Shown in pieces: positions 1-10,839 of a stretch of DNA of 64,000 bases. The DNA lies in the IMG/VR virus record IMGVR_UViG_3300020576_003530, positions 1 through 64,000 of that record, one strand, 5' to 3'. The DNA is from a virus. Its lineage: Duplodnaviria > Caudoviricetes. The notes below the pieces were generated by a model that had not been told where the DNA came from, searched no databases, and saw nothing but the letters and a program-made list of their open reading frames with translations. The position numbers and the translations under genes are program-made. How positions within the stretch are numbered: position 1 is the stretch's first letter; every line of letters starts with the position of its first letter.

Positions 1-12
1 AAGACTGCCATT

Positions 13-1026
13 ATGGCATGTACGGACACAGTAAAACTATTTGGGACGGACCCGAAACTGGTTCGCAAAAATTATCTGGAATTGATTTCACTCTGGCATC
101 CAGACCGATCGAAAGATGTTGACGCACTCAAGGTTACTGAACACATTAATCACCTCTACGAGGTGGCTCAGTCGAAGATTGAGGTAGGATTATATGGTAA
201 GGCTGGTACAATCCTTAGTCTTACTGAAAGTCATGGTAACAAGCATAACTTCTCTATCAGACGATCCCACCAGTTTGAACTCGGTAATCTCCATTATGGA
301 GATGAGGAAATCATACTGATCATCGATCGAAAGTACGCTCATTCCGCAGATAACTTCCTTAAGGTCACACGCGATATCAAATATCCAAACGACGAATTTA
401 AGCGTGTCATCTCACCTTGCATGCCAGTGCTTAAGAAGTTGTTTGTGAGCGAAGATGATAAAATTGTAATTGTCCTTGCAAAGACCGAAGACGTGGTTCT
501 TCTATCAGACCTCATTGAGTACTATCAGAGAGAGCATAAGTCATTCCTTCCCCCTACTCATGCTGCCTGGCTTACAAGCAGGCTTCTCAATCTCTCCTCC
601 TTTATGAGTGTGGTAGGAGTGGCATCCAATGGAATACATCCGGCCAACATTTGGGTCAGCCCAAAATACCACTCGGTCCTCTTTCTTACTAATTGGTTTT
701 ATGGGGGAGAACTGGGAGCCAAACCTGCCGGAGTTCCCTTACCTCACATGGTAGATATTTATAAGGGGTGTGCTGACAAGGCCCTCTTCGATCTGGCATG
801 CTCGTACTATACAGTGCTGGCATGTATGGGCGATGCAAGCGGACAATCTCTAAGGTTTGCCAAATCGGTGCCATTGCCTATGCTCGACTTTCTCACTGCC
901 CACAGCGAGGATTCAGTCATTGCCCAATATCAGTCTTGGCAATCAGACATTCTTCCCTCCTCCTTCGGGCCTCGCAAGTTTGTGGAAATGCCGATTGATT
1001 GGCCTTCCTTCTGGAGTACCCCCTAA
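13..1026 (+). CDS. J-domain (DnaJ-like) protein fused to a degenerate kinase-like domain
   Basis: N-terminal 'RKNYLELISLWHPDR' J-domain HPD motif; C-terminal 'GIHPANIWV' resembles a kinase catalytic loop lacking the canonical Asp. Confidence 0.65.
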   Translation: MACTDTVKLFGTDPKLVRKNYLELISLWHPDRSKDVDALKVTEHINHLYEVAQSKIEVGLYGKAGTILSLTESHGNKHNFSIRRSHQFELGNLHYGDEEIILIIDRKYAHSADNFLKVTRDIKYPNDEFKRVISPCMPVLKKLFVSEDDKIVIVLAKTEDVVLLSDLIEYYQREHKSFLPPTHAAWLTSRLLNLSSFMSVVGVASNGIHPANIWVSPKYHSVLFLTNWFYGGELGAKPAGVPLPHMVDIYKGCADKALFDLACSYYTVLACMGDASGQSLRFAKSVPLPMLDFLTAHSEDSVIAQYQSWQSDILPSSFGPRKFVEMPIDWPSFWSTP

Positions 1027-1328
1027 TGACACACTTTGTTTTTAATGGATGGTCTGACCCTAATTTATGGGGCACAGCAGTAATTGGCAGCGTTCTCTTT
1101 ATTCTGTTTTGGTCCTTCATACTCAATATGGGGGACATTATGCATCAGGAGCCAGTTGAACGCGGCAAGTTTGAATGGGTTTTAGGACTTGCTTCTGCGG
1201 TTGGAATTACGTTGCAGTTTGGCCATTCCGTAGAGAATGGTTTATTCTTTTGTTTGTTCATGTTCTTTTTTATTCTCTTGGTAGTTCTCATTTCTGAAAG
1301 GATTTCCCATGGGCGGAACGACATTTAA
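1026..1328 (+). CDS. small membrane protein
   Basis: three hydrophobic segments; ATG overlaps the upstream TAA. Confidence 0.5.
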   Translation: MTHFVFNGWSDPNLWGTAVIGSVLFILFWSFILNMGDIMHQEPVERGKFEWVLGLASAVGITLQFGHSVENGLFFCLFMFFFILLVVLISERISHGRNDI

Positions 1329-2214
1329 TGCGGCAGTATATCAGAACTATTCTCGTAGTGTTTCGGCCAAGCCGACTGCGGCTATTTTTACGGCCAGCGG
1401 TCTGCACGCAGGTCTCGATCCCTCCAAGATTAGTATGAGAGAGTCACGCGACTCTATTGCGAATCCAACCTCTACTCCAGTAATGATCTTCTGCGATGTT
1501 ACTGGCAGTATGGGCGAAATCGCCACTCAGATTGTCAAGAAGGGACTCGGCACCGTGGCACTCCAGCTTTACGATCGTCAGGCCGATTTGTGTCCTCATA
1601 TCCTACTGGGGGCGATCGGCGATATGGAGTGTGATAATGCTCCTCTTCAGGTTACCCAGTTCGAGGCTGGCGTCGAACCACTTACCACTCAGATTGAGCG
1701 GATTTACATGGAGGGTGGTGGCGGAGGTAATCATGGTGAGTCTTACAGTCTGGCTTACCTGTTTGCGGCCCAAAAGACTGTTAGCGACTCCTTCAGTAAG
1801 CGTGGAAAGAAGGGTTTCCTCTTTACCATTGGCGATGAAGCGTGTTTGCCAGTCATGCGGCAAGCGGCCCTTCAGGCTCTCGGTTTTACTGCTCAGTCCG
1901 ACATTACCGCTGAGCAGGCCATCGCAATGGCAAGCGTCTCGTATGAAATTTTCCATATTGTTGTTCATACCAGTGCTACCGATTACCAGAAGGCTATTCC
2001 TAAGTGGCAGGCCCTCCTTCCTCAGCGAGTGATCGAATTGAAGAGTTTGGATAATCTGGCCGAGGTCATCGTTTCGGCTATTCAAGTAGTGATTGGCCAC
2101 GATAAGGATGCTGTCATTTCTAGCTGGGATGGTTCAACCGCTATGACAGTCAAAACAGCTCTTCGTGATATTACCGCCAGTAATGCCGGTGTTGGTGGTC
2201 CAGTCTCAGTCTAA
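1309..2214 (+). CDS. von Willebrand factor A (vWA) domain protein
   Basis: MIDAS-like 'FCDVTGSM', 'GGGGNHGESY', 'FTIGDE'. Confidence 0.8.
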   Translation: MGGTTFNAAVYQNYSRSVSAKPTAAIFTASGLHAGLDPSKISMRESRDSIANPTSTPVMIFCDVTGSMGEIATQIVKKGLGTVALQLYDRQADLCPHILLGAIGDMECDNAPLQVTQFEAGVEPLTTQIERIYMEGGGGGNHGESYSLAYLFAAQKTVSDSFSKRGKKGFLFTIGDEACLPVMRQAALQALGFTAQSDITAEQAIAMASVSYEIFHIVVHTSATDYQKAIPKWQALLPQRVIELKSLDNLAEVIVSAIQVVIGHDKDAVISSWDGSTAMTVKTALRDITASNAGVGGPVSV

Positions 2215-2335
2215 GTAAGACTGAGCAATAACACGATAGATTGAAATCTCCCATCGTGGGCATGATTAATTTTGTGCCCCGATGTTTGATCGAAGTATGT
2301 TGGATTAAATCATTCCTCTTTGCTGGAGTCTCTCA

Positions 2336-3619
2336 ATGGGTTCGGTAAATTCTACCCGATCAGTCTTTGCTGTTATTGGTGCTCAATTTGGTGACGAGGG
2401 CAAGGGCCTAATGACCGATTATTTGGCCCGAACTCATACATCCCCGATTGTAGTACGCTTTAATGGAGGAGCTCAGGCTGGTCATACGGTCGAAAGTCCT
2501 ACTGGTCATCGCCATGTCTTCCATCATTTTGGCTCGGGCACGCTGGCCGGGGCTCCTACCTTCCTGAGTAGGTTTTTTATCGTAAACCCCATGACCTATG
2601 CGGGAGAAAAAGCACATCTAGCTCGTGCTGGTCTTACCAGTCTTCCCGACTTCTTTTTTGATCCCGATTGTTATCTCACTCTTCCTTGGGATATGTTGAT
2701 CAATCAGGAGGTTGAACGGGCACGTGGTCAGTCTCGCCATGGTTCTTGCGGCATGGGCATTAATGAGACTGTAACGCGGTGTAAGATGGGGCGAGGAGAA
2801 TTTCTCACCACTATTGGTCACGATGTAGGCTTGGAAGATCGTAAGAAGGCTTACAAGGCTATTAGATCCTCCTATCACATTGAGCGGATTAAGACATTGG
2901 GACTCAACCCTCCCGATGAGTTCTGGCAAGTCTTCTACTCAGACAGACTGCTGGAAGATTATCTGGCTAACCTGTCTGAATTTCTTACTGATAATGTGGC
3001 GATTGAACAACCCGCCGACCTAATTGGCCCATCTAATCAGTCATATCAAACAGTCATCTTTGAGGGTGCTCAAGGTCTCCTGCTGGACGAGTATAACAAG
3101 CAATACTTTCCGAACGTCACACGATCACGAACAGGTTTGGCTAACGTGGTCAGCCTCATGGAGGAAGTAGGAACTAAGTCGGTAGAACCAATCTATCTAT
3201 CTCGTGCTTATACGACACGTCATGGAGCGGGCCTTTTTCCTACCGAAATTCCAGGTCTCTCATACCCTGATCTTACCAATCAACCCAATCCATTTCAGGG
3301 AACTCTCCGTTTTGGTTATCTGGATGTTAAATCTCTCATTGAAAATGTTCGGTCGGATCTCATTAAGACTATTCAGACGACTACCGGAATTACTGTCACT
3401 CCATCTATCGGTCTGACCTGTCTAAATCAGGTTGGTAACGATGTACCGGTAGGTAGGAATGCTGATGGAACGCCGGTCTTTATCGATATGAACTCATTCG
3501 TGAGAGATGTGCAGGATGCTTCCTCCTCGTTCTGTGGAGCACTCTATCTGTCATCCAGTCCTACTTATCTCGGCGTTAATAAGGCTTGGTTGGGCAAGGA
3601 TCAAGTAAGAGTTAAGTAA
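2336..3619 (+). CDS. divergent adenylosuccinate synthetase-like protein (PurA family)
   Basis: 'GAQFGDEGKG', 'RFNGGAQAGHT', 'FEGAQGLLLD', 'YTTRHGAG'; Asp at the PurA D13 position (not the PurZ Ser). Confidence 0.85.
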   Translation: MGSVNSTRSVFAVIGAQFGDEGKGLMTDYLARTHTSPIVVRFNGGAQAGHTVESPTGHRHVFHHFGSGTLAGAPTFLSRFFIVNPMTYAGEKAHLARAGLTSLPDFFFDPDCYLTLPWDMLINQEVERARGQSRHGSCGMGINETVTRCKMGRGEFLTTIGHDVGLEDRKKAYKAIRSSYHIERIKTLGLNPPDEFWQVFYSDRLLEDYLANLSEFLTDNVAIEQPADLIGPSNQSYQTVIFEGAQGLLLDEYNKQYFPNVTRSRTGLANVVSLMEEVGTKSVEPIYLSRAYTTRHGAGLFPTEIPGLSYPDLTNQPNPFQGTLRFGYLDVKSLIENVRSDLIKTIQTTTGITVTPSIGLTCLNQVGNDVPVGRNADGTPVFIDMNSFVRDVQDASSSFCGALYLSSSPTYLGVNKAWLGKDQVRVK

Positions 3620-3674
3620 GTATCGTATTTCACTCATTCATTTATTCATAGGTCCCCATTATAGGAAATTTATC

Positions 3675-4796
3675 ATGTCCATCAAAACCGTAACTACTTT
3701 TACCGTGACCGTCACCGATAAAAAGGGTAATGATGTAGAAGTGCCAATGACTACCAAGAAACCCTTCGATGTATCGAAGTATCAAGAGTTTGACTCTGAT
3801 GTTGAAAACAATATTACTCCCTTTGAGGAGTTTCTTAAGACGGGCAAAACCAACGCTGTTGTGGGAGATCTTCGTCTAGTTGCCGCAGAAGAGGGAATTG
3901 TCTCCATCAATAAGATTGGGGTTCTTACCTATTCGCAAGGCTCTGGGTATGTGGATTTTAATCAATTTAATGCTCATACTGAAGATGGTGTCATCATCGG
4001 CAATCATGCCTTAATTGATGGTGAAAATGATTTGAACACCTATGGTTTGCCCACCTTCTCTCCTACCATTCTTTATCGTCTGCTTAACGCAGGAAAGACT
4101 CCTTGTCGTAATGTGATGGCCTATTTTGCAAAGAAAAAGGGTCTGACTGTTGTAGACTTGACGGAAGATTATCAAAGTACACCTACGAAGGAAATCTTGC
4201 AGGCCTACAAAAAAGAAAGTAAGAAGAAGGGCTTCAGTCTGGCTGCATTTAACAGTAAGTTTGCAGATCAGGCTCCACAACGAGGGACTACGCTGATTAC
4301 GCAGTTTGATACAGTCATTTGGCACAGTAGTCCAACCATCCTATTTGCATGCGGCGATCGAAGCTTTATCATGGGACAGGATGAGGGCAGTTATTTTGGG
4401 TGCGAATTGAAGGATAACCCCACAACCATCTTGGAAGCCTATGAAAGTCTGAAGCCAGCGGCGGCTCGCGGTCGCGATGACTGGATTCGGCAGGGCGAGT
4501 GGTTTGCTGTGCCGGTAAATCAGACAGAGGTTCCCTCCCTCTATAACAATCCGGAAGTAGTGGCATCCAGTGATGATGGAGATTATAGTATTGCACTTCC
4601 ACGAGAAAATGAGGAATCTAATATCCATACGCTGAATGGTAACTTCATTTTTACTCGTTCTGGCCGTCTGCTTGTTCGACATTTCAGCCTTGATCACGAT
4701 GATCATGGCACAATCTATGGAAAAAACTCTCTTACTTGGTATGAATTACACAAGAATACTGCTGTGAGTAGTTATTCGGTAAGAGGAGTTGACTGA
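3675..4796 (+). CDS. hypothetical phage protein, paralog of 19043..20251
   Basis: shared blocks WHSSPT, GQDEGSYFGCEL, RQGEWFAVP and C-terminal GVD. Confidence 0.7.
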   Translation: MSIKTVTTFTVTVTDKKGNDVEVPMTTKKPFDVSKYQEFDSDVENNITPFEEFLKTGKTNAVVGDLRLVAAEEGIVSINKIGVLTYSQGSGYVDFNQFNAHTEDGVIIGNHALIDGENDLNTYGLPTFSPTILYRLLNAGKTPCRNVMAYFAKKKGLTVVDLTEDYQSTPTKEILQAYKKESKKKGFSLAAFNSKFADQAPQRGTTLITQFDTVIWHSSPTILFACGDRSFIMGQDEGSYFGCELKDNPTTILEAYESLKPAAARGRDDWIRQGEWFAVPVNQTEVPSLYNNPEVVASSDDGDYSIALPRENEESNIHTLNGNFIFTRSGRLLVRHFSLDHDDHGTIYGKNSLTWYELHKNTAVSSYSVRGVD

Positions 4797-4836
4797 GTAG
4801 GAAGTATAGTATAAATTCTTCTTCGGAGCTTTCGAG

Positions 4837-5640
4837 ATGACCACGCTGGTTGAATTCAAAAATGACTACATGGATGAGATTCGTTCGATCGATAATGGGA
4901 GGGGATTAGGTAACTACACCAATTCCTACTATTATGCTGCCGATGGCGATCTATCCAAAGAACGCTCTCGACTAGTCCACAAATATAGTTGGGCTATTCC
5001 CTCAATAGGGGCGGTAAGAGGAGTTGCAGATCTAGTTAAGGCGAATAATCTTACCGGCGTCATCGAGATTGGGGCGGGCAATGGTTATTGGGCTTATTGT
5101 CTACGGCAGGTAGGAGTGGATGTAATCGCGGTCGATTCGGGCGGTAGTCATCTAAATTACTCTAATCCTCATTGGCATCCCATAGTAAAAGGTGGGCCGC
5201 CACATGCTGCACTTCATCCAAATCGTGCTCTACTACTTTGCTGGCCCCCAATGGAGATTCATAAGAAGGCGGCTAGTAAGATTTGGAGAAAGAAGCCGGA
5301 GTACCATACTAAGTTAGAATGGTCCGATCCCGCTCGAGATATAGAATATCAGAAGTGGTGTTCTATACATGGGGACTGGTCTTACTGGAATCGCCGAGTA
5401 AAGCATGCTTGTGGTCCTACCAATATGGGTGGGGCCTCGGTAGAAAGGTTTAAAGGCGAGTGGGTCATCTATGTTGGAGAATCTGAGGGAGGTTGTACTG
5501 GTGATGAGACAATGTGGATGCTCCTAAATAGGGACTACACCCTCGTCAACGAATTCAGTATTCATCAGTATAATGGCCTCCACGATAGTTGTTATGTTTA
5601 TCGTCGTGGTAAGCATGAAGAGTATCAGGGTAGATGGTAA
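4837..5640 (+). CDS. class I SAM-dependent methyltransferase-like protein
   Basis: 'VIEIGAGNGYW' SAM motif I, 'VIAVD', 'LLLCWPP', 'YVGE..GGCTGD'. Confidence 0.65.
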   Translation: MTTLVEFKNDYMDEIRSIDNGRGLGNYTNSYYYAADGDLSKERSRLVHKYSWAIPSIGAVRGVADLVKANNLTGVIEIGAGNGYWAYCLRQVGVDVIAVDSGGSHLNYSNPHWHPIVKGGPPHAALHPNRALLLCWPPMEIHKKAASKIWRKKPEYHTKLEWSDPARDIEYQKWCSIHGDWSYWNRRVKHACGPTNMGGASVERFKGEWVIYVGESEGGCTGDETMWMLLNRDYTLVNEFSIHQYNGLHDSCYVYRRGKHEEYQGRW

Positions 5641-5691
5641 CAAAAAATGAGCGATAAATTGGAATTAACTCATCTTTGAAAGGAATTAACT

Positions 5692-6084
5692 ATGTCAGAT
5701 GAAGTAAATCAACGTTTGGTGACCATGATTGATTCCATTGGGGAAGTCGTCAAGCGTGCTGACGGATTTGCCTCTGAGCAACTTCCATTGGTGGTCAACG
5801 AAATTATTCGGTGGGAAATTATGGAAGGCTTGTTGTTTGTAGGCCTTGCTCTTGTCTTTCTTTCTGCTGGCGGATGGTTCGCTCGAATTTGTTGGAAAGA
5901 ATGGAAAAAGAATCAGGAAGGCCACCGTTCTATCGACGGCGGCCTGTGGATCCTGTGTTTTATCCTTTCCTGCGTCTCTATTTTCATTGGTTCCGTCATC
6001 ATCATTCCTGCCTCCCTACAGACTACCAAGGCCATTACTGCCCCACGTTTGGTAGTATTGAATTATGTAAGTAGGATGAGGTAA
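5692..6084 (+). CDS. two-TM membrane protein, paralog of 7078..7592
   Basis: 'EQLPL..EIIRWE', two hydrophobic helices, C-terminal 'APRLVVLNYV'. Confidence 0.65.
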   Translation: MSDEVNQRLVTMIDSIGEVVKRADGFASEQLPLVVNEIIRWEIMEGLLFVGLALVFLSAGGWFARICWKEWKKNQEGHRSIDGGLWILCFILSCVSIFIGSVIIIPASLQTTKAITAPRLVVLNYVSRMR

Positions 6085-6122
6085 GATGAGGTAGGATGGA
6101 AATTCCATCTAGGAGTGTTTGA

Positions 6123-6458
6123 ATGAACGTTGGGGCTAATCCTGCTCGGACAACTTGGAATCAGGTCAAAGATTTGCCCGCTATTGAAGAGATTATGAGG
6201 TATCTAGATCTCTTTTATGATAACATGGACTGGCACAATGGTGGTTCAACCTCGGATGTGTCAGACTGGTGGAGAGTGTCCGTAACAATTGGATCGCGGA
6301 GAGAGGGTGGTAAGTCGTACGCTCGGAAAACTCTTTCCTACATTGATCCTCATCAGGCTCTCGACCTCATTGTTGGCGAAATTACCCGCCGTATGGGTGG
6401 CTGTCCGTATTATGAAAAAAGGAGTACCCATCGCTGTGATGCGGCCTGCCTAATTTAA
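6123..6458 (+). CDS. hypothetical protein, possibly frameshifted and continuing to 6618
   Basis: AGGAG RBS; a start-less open frame at 6454..6618 follows. Confidence 0.45.
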   Translation: MNVGANPARTTWNQVKDLPAIEEIMRYLDLFYDNMDWHNGGSTSDVSDWWRVSVTIGSRREGGKSYARKTLSYIDPHQALDLIVGEITRRMGGCPYYEKRSTHRCDAACLI

Positions 6459-6626
6459 CTCCCTCTATGAGGTTGAACCGCCAAGTTGGACCAACATTCA
6501 GGACAAGTTCGATGAGGCAAAAAAGAGAGTGAATCCACGCAATCCATCAGATCCATGGAGTCCGCTCGATCGTCCCATTATTTCATTTAATCAGAATGGT
6601 GAGATTCCACCAGTATAAGGAAAACA

Positions 6627-6929
6627 ATGACCACATATATTGCTTTAGGTGATCAGTATGACGGAGATTTTGGCGATGATGTTGTATGGTGCGTTTACGA
6701 TTATACCTCCGGAAGTTATGACGGTTATGGATCGGCATACTATAAGACTGTAGATAATCAGTATTACAGTATGACTCTTGGTCACTGTTCCTGTTTTGGT
6801 CCATGGGATAATAGTCCTAATCAAATCACAAAAGATGAGATGTATAACTTGGAACTTTGTGGAAACGATCCTAGCTCGGTTGCAATTAAGAATGCCATTA
6901 TGAAGTTGGAAGGAGATATCGCGACATGA
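6627..6929 (+). CDS. hypothetical phage protein
   Basis: AAGGA RBS; 'YDYTSGSYDGYG...GHCSCFGP'. Confidence 0.55.
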   Translation: MTTYIALGDQYDGDFGDDVVWCVYDYTSGSYDGYGSAYYKTVDNQYYSMTLGHCSCFGPWDNSPNQITKDEMYNLELCGNDPSSVAIKNAIMKLEGDIAT

Positions 6930-7077
6930 GCGATCATAAAAAGTCTAAGTTAGAGGAAGATGGTCTGTTTGAATACCAATTTAGTTTGAGCTGCTCGATA
7001 GAAGCATTCATACTGATTTGTGTTCTCATCATCGTGTTCATTCTATGTTTAATTGCCTATTTTTGAGGAGTCTTGCT

Positions 7078-7592
7078 ATGCAAAATGAAGTCAGTAACGC
7101 AATCAATACAGCGGCCACGGCTGTTCCGCCCGACTTGTCTGCCAATATTCAAACCCGTCTAGTAGGTCTGATGGACTATCTGACTGACACGGCTAAAATC
7201 GTCGATAGTACAGCTAAGGAACAGCTCCCACTCTTCATTCGTGACATTATTGCGTGGGAATTCTACTCTAATCTGGCATGGCTGGTTCTAGGTCTGGTTG
7301 GCCTAATTGTTGGCCTAACACTCGTTGTCCGTTTTCTCTACCATCTTGGATCTATTTATAAGAAATTGCCAGTATATACTGGAGACTACGATTATCGTAG
7401 GATAGCAGAGACCCTTCGCGAATATTTTGTACCACCAGTAATTATTACAGCCGTTGCGGGGCAATTCTTACAATTCCATCGCTTATTGTGACCCTTACCC
7501 ATATTGAGTCTACCATTAAGCCAGCGGTTGCTCCACGCCTAGTCATTCTGGATTATGTCAAGCAGGCTATGAATCCGTATTATCGAAGGTGA
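7078..7592 (+). pseudogene. membrane protein paralog of 5692..6084 with a one-base frameshift near 7460 (real or sequencing error)
   Basis: restoring one G in the GGGG run gives AGAILTIPSLIVTLTHIESTIKPAVAPRLVILDYV, matching the paralog C-terminus. Confidence 0.7.
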
Positions 7593-7681
7593 TAAGTAGG
7601 ATTGTCCAATAGTGAGGATGGAAACGTTCTCACTCATTATTAAGTATGAGTAGTATAGCTTCTTTTTGAAAGGAGGGCAGT

Positions 7682-8318
7682 ATGGATTTTTTAACCAGTG
7701 ATACGCACTTTCGGCCATGAGAACATTATCAAACTAAGTAAGAGACCGTTTGGAAGTCTCGATGAGATGAATACAGTCCTCATTGATAATATTAATAGAG
7801 TGGTGGGGCCAAAAGATAGGCTTTTCATTCTGGGCGATCTTGCATATCGTAATGTGGAGCCTGCCTATCGTTATCTTGATCAAATAATTTGCCAGAATCG
7901 CTTCCTCATTTATGGTAATCATGATGGGGGACTGACCGCTAAGGATCTTTCGCGGTTTATTAGATGTGATAGGGCGGCGGAAGTCCATCTGGTGGGTGGG
8001 GCAACCAAACATTTGACCACCCTCTTTCATTACCCATGTATGACGTGGAATCACTCTCACAGGGGTTCCTATCAGGCTTATGGGCACCATCACGGTGGAA
8101 AGGCTGAAGATCTCACAGTCTTACATATGGATGTGGGAGTGGATGCTGAAGCACGTAGAAGATCTATTTTACGTGGCGAACCCGGCACTTATCTTTCCTC
8201 AGACTATGCTCCAATCAGTGCGGAAGAATTTTGTTCCTTAATGAGTGCGAAACGCCACCTTAACGAAACTATTCGGGGATTTACCTATGGCGGACCAAAA
8301 AAGCGAGATCGGGAATAG
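7682..8318 (+). CDS. calcineurin-like metallophosphoesterase with an apparent extra base near 7709-7712
   Basis: ATG 7682 after GGAGG reads MDFLTSDTHF and the next frame reads FGHENII; GDLA, GNHD, FHYP and GHHH motifs. Confidence 0.8.
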
Positions 8319-9120
8319 TATGATTAGGGTAGTTCAGGCGGGCAAAGAGAAATCCGTAATTGAGTTTGGCATAACTCATGCTGATTTTGGCGACGGTTTT
8401 GTTGATGCGGTGAATAATCCTATCAGTAGGGTGGTTGGTCGCGAACTTAATTGTGCGGTACGAACCTATCAGTCCAACTTAATCCTCTTTAAAGATATCT
8501 ACGATAGAGGATCGCCAGTTCAAATGGACCCCGAAGCTTACCAGCATGCGTCAAACGCAGACTCTTGTTGTTTTTATTATGCGTTGCTGATTCCTAATTC
8601 GTATCTGCCAGAAGGAGTATTTTCGCATGAAACTTAAAGTATTTCACGGTCAAATTCGTGATGGCGATGGTGTCACCTACTCGTGGATTGTGGGCGAGAC
8701 TCGAAGTGGTTATCTGATTGACAATCATCCATGGATGGATCAGGACAAGGCTGTGGGGCTGGCTGAAACTTTGGCTAGCAAAAATAAAGCCATCACAGGT
8801 ATTGAGGTCTATGGTGTTAATGGACTGCTCGATCGGGTCATTGGAATTCGATAAGTAAGATTGAGCCAGATTTGTCAATCCTCGTTTTGATCTTTCATGC
8901 CAAGGATGGCAAGTTGGAAGGTAGGAAGTAACAGTGTGTGCGTTTACCCACTGTCGCTGACTATATTTTCCCACATGGAGTCCTTGTATGAATGAGGTAA
9001 TACTAGAGGTTGTTCCAGCCCTGATTGTTGGTCTTCCATTCGTCCTGCTTATAGTGCTCAATCTGATTATCCTTCGGTCTGTCCTAATTGATGTATTCTC
9101 TAATCCTTCCTCGGAGTTTG

Positions 9121-10362
9121 ATGATGTCTGAATTAATTGTGGAAGTTAGTAAGGTAAACGCAGTCAAAAAGCACCCAAATGCTGATCGCTTGGATATTGT
9201 CACCATTAAGGGGTTTGATTGTGTAGTAGGAAAGGATGAATTTCGAGCGGGCGACAAGGTTGTTTACTTTCCGCCCGAAACACTCTTTCAGAAGGAGACG
9301 GCAGAACGGTTAGGTGTCACCAAGTATCTTAGCTGGAAGGAAGCGGGTGGACGCACTAAGGTTGTCCGTCTGCGGGGCGAATATTCCTTTGGGATTGTAA
9401 TCAAACCCGATAATCCCCGTTGGGCAGTCGGCGAGGACGTTGCTTCCCACTATGGGGTAACTAAGTATGAGCCGCCAGTACGTCCATCCAGCGGTGGAGA
9501 CTCCGGTCTTGAATCTCCCCATATGCCCCGCTATACGGCCATTGAAAACCTTCGCCACTTTGATCGGACGTTCGAAGCGACAGACAGCGTGGTTGCTACC
9601 TACAAGTACCATGGCTCAAATTGGCGAACCTCTATCTTCATCGATACTTACCTCAAAGGCAATAAGGTTTGTACGCGGACGGTCTTTGCTTCTGGCAGTC
9701 ACAATGTAACCCGTAAGATTCCGGCAAAGAAATGGTGGTCTGATTGGTCTGGCGTTAAGCAGCTATGGAATGAGTTAGTCCATCCCAACGAAGAGTCTTC
9801 TATCATTCGAAACACTCTCGAACGTGATTATGGTAAAAAGGCTTGGCAATTGGTATGGGATGAGAAGTCTTGTTCTACTAATCCTTACTGGTTTGCATTT
9901 TCTGACCCAAATATTCGCTCGTTCTTACTTCATAATCAACCTTCCGCGATTAATACTATTGCCTCTAAGTCCTTCACTATTTATGGTGAAGTCTTTGGTG
10001 CGGGCATTCAGAAGGGTTTCGATTATGGCTCCCCTAACCAAATGAAGTATGTGGTGTTTGATGCGGCAGCAGATGGCACCTATAGAGATATTGATTGGTT
10101 GATTCAGGCTTGTAAGTTTTGGTCAGTCCCTTATGCCGAAGTAGTATATAGAGGAAACTTTGACCTGCAAGTTCTTACCTCTCTGTCGAACGGACCTCAT
10201 CCAGGAACTTCTCACATTCGAGAGGGAATAGTGGTCCGACCTGTCCGAGAGTCTGAATGGTCCAAAGGCGGAGTTCGTCCAGTTCTCAAACTAGTGGGTT
10301 CCGAGTATCTTACTCTCCGCGATGGCGACAATTCACCCGTGAGTGATTATAGTGAGGAGTAG
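9121..10362 (+). CDS. RNA ligase (DRB0094/Rnl2-like) with N-terminal OB (tRNA-binding-like) domain
   Basis: 'KHPNADRLD', 'TYKYHGSN' (KxxG motif I), 'IYGEVFG', 'REGIVVRP', 'LKLV'. Confidence 0.85.
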   Translation: MMSELIVEVSKVNAVKKHPNADRLDIVTIKGFDCVVGKDEFRAGDKVVYFPPETLFQKETAERLGVTKYLSWKEAGGRTKVVRLRGEYSFGIVIKPDNPRWAVGEDVASHYGVTKYEPPVRPSSGGDSGLESPHMPRYTAIENLRHFDRTFEATDSVVATYKYHGSNWRTSIFIDTYLKGNKVCTRTVFASGSHNVTRKIPAKKWWSDWSGVKQLWNELVHPNEESSIIRNTLERDYGKKAWQLVWDEKSCSTNPYWFAFSDPNIRSFLLHNQPSAINTIASKSFTIYGEVFGAGIQKGFDYGSPNQMKYVVFDAAADGTYRDIDWLIQACKFWSVPYAEVVYRGNFDLQVLTSLSNGPHPGTSHIREGIVVRPVRESEWSKGGVRPVLKLVGSEYLTLRDGDNSPVSDYSEE

Positions 10363-10839
10363 GTATGAACTTGATTCAGGAATTAAAGCAAGAAGCCGAA
10401 AGGAATGCTGCTCTTGCCAATCCGTCCATCATTCTAACGGCTTTCCACTCCTTATCTCTTTCATGTCCGTTCTGTAATTATCCATCAAACCACGAAAAGT
10501 TCGCAGATCTCTTATGGCAGTATATCGTACTACGTAAGATGCAATATCGGGCAAAAAAGAAGTGGGAGAGGTATGAACGCGATTGGCTGTTCGCTATTAG
10601 CGATGATAGTTTTACATCTCTCGTCACAACTAGAGCGACCGTCAATCAATCGCACAAGGTTTCACAAGACACATACTACTGGGCCAAAAGAAGTGCAGAT
10701 AGCTCTCGACTCCTACTTCTTCCATATTGGCCTTGTCATGCCTGCCAAGTTCGTTTTAATCCATTTGGTCGCGTGAGTACCGATCAGAATGGAAAAAGAG
10801 TTTGTACTCAGAGTGTCCCCGTTTTAAAGGATTCTATCG

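Noticed and set aside
2336-3619. PurZ / 2-aminoadenine (Z) genome pathway
   Set aside because: motif is GDEGKG (Asp, PurA-type), not the Ser-containing PurZ motif; no adjacent DatZ/MazZ recognised
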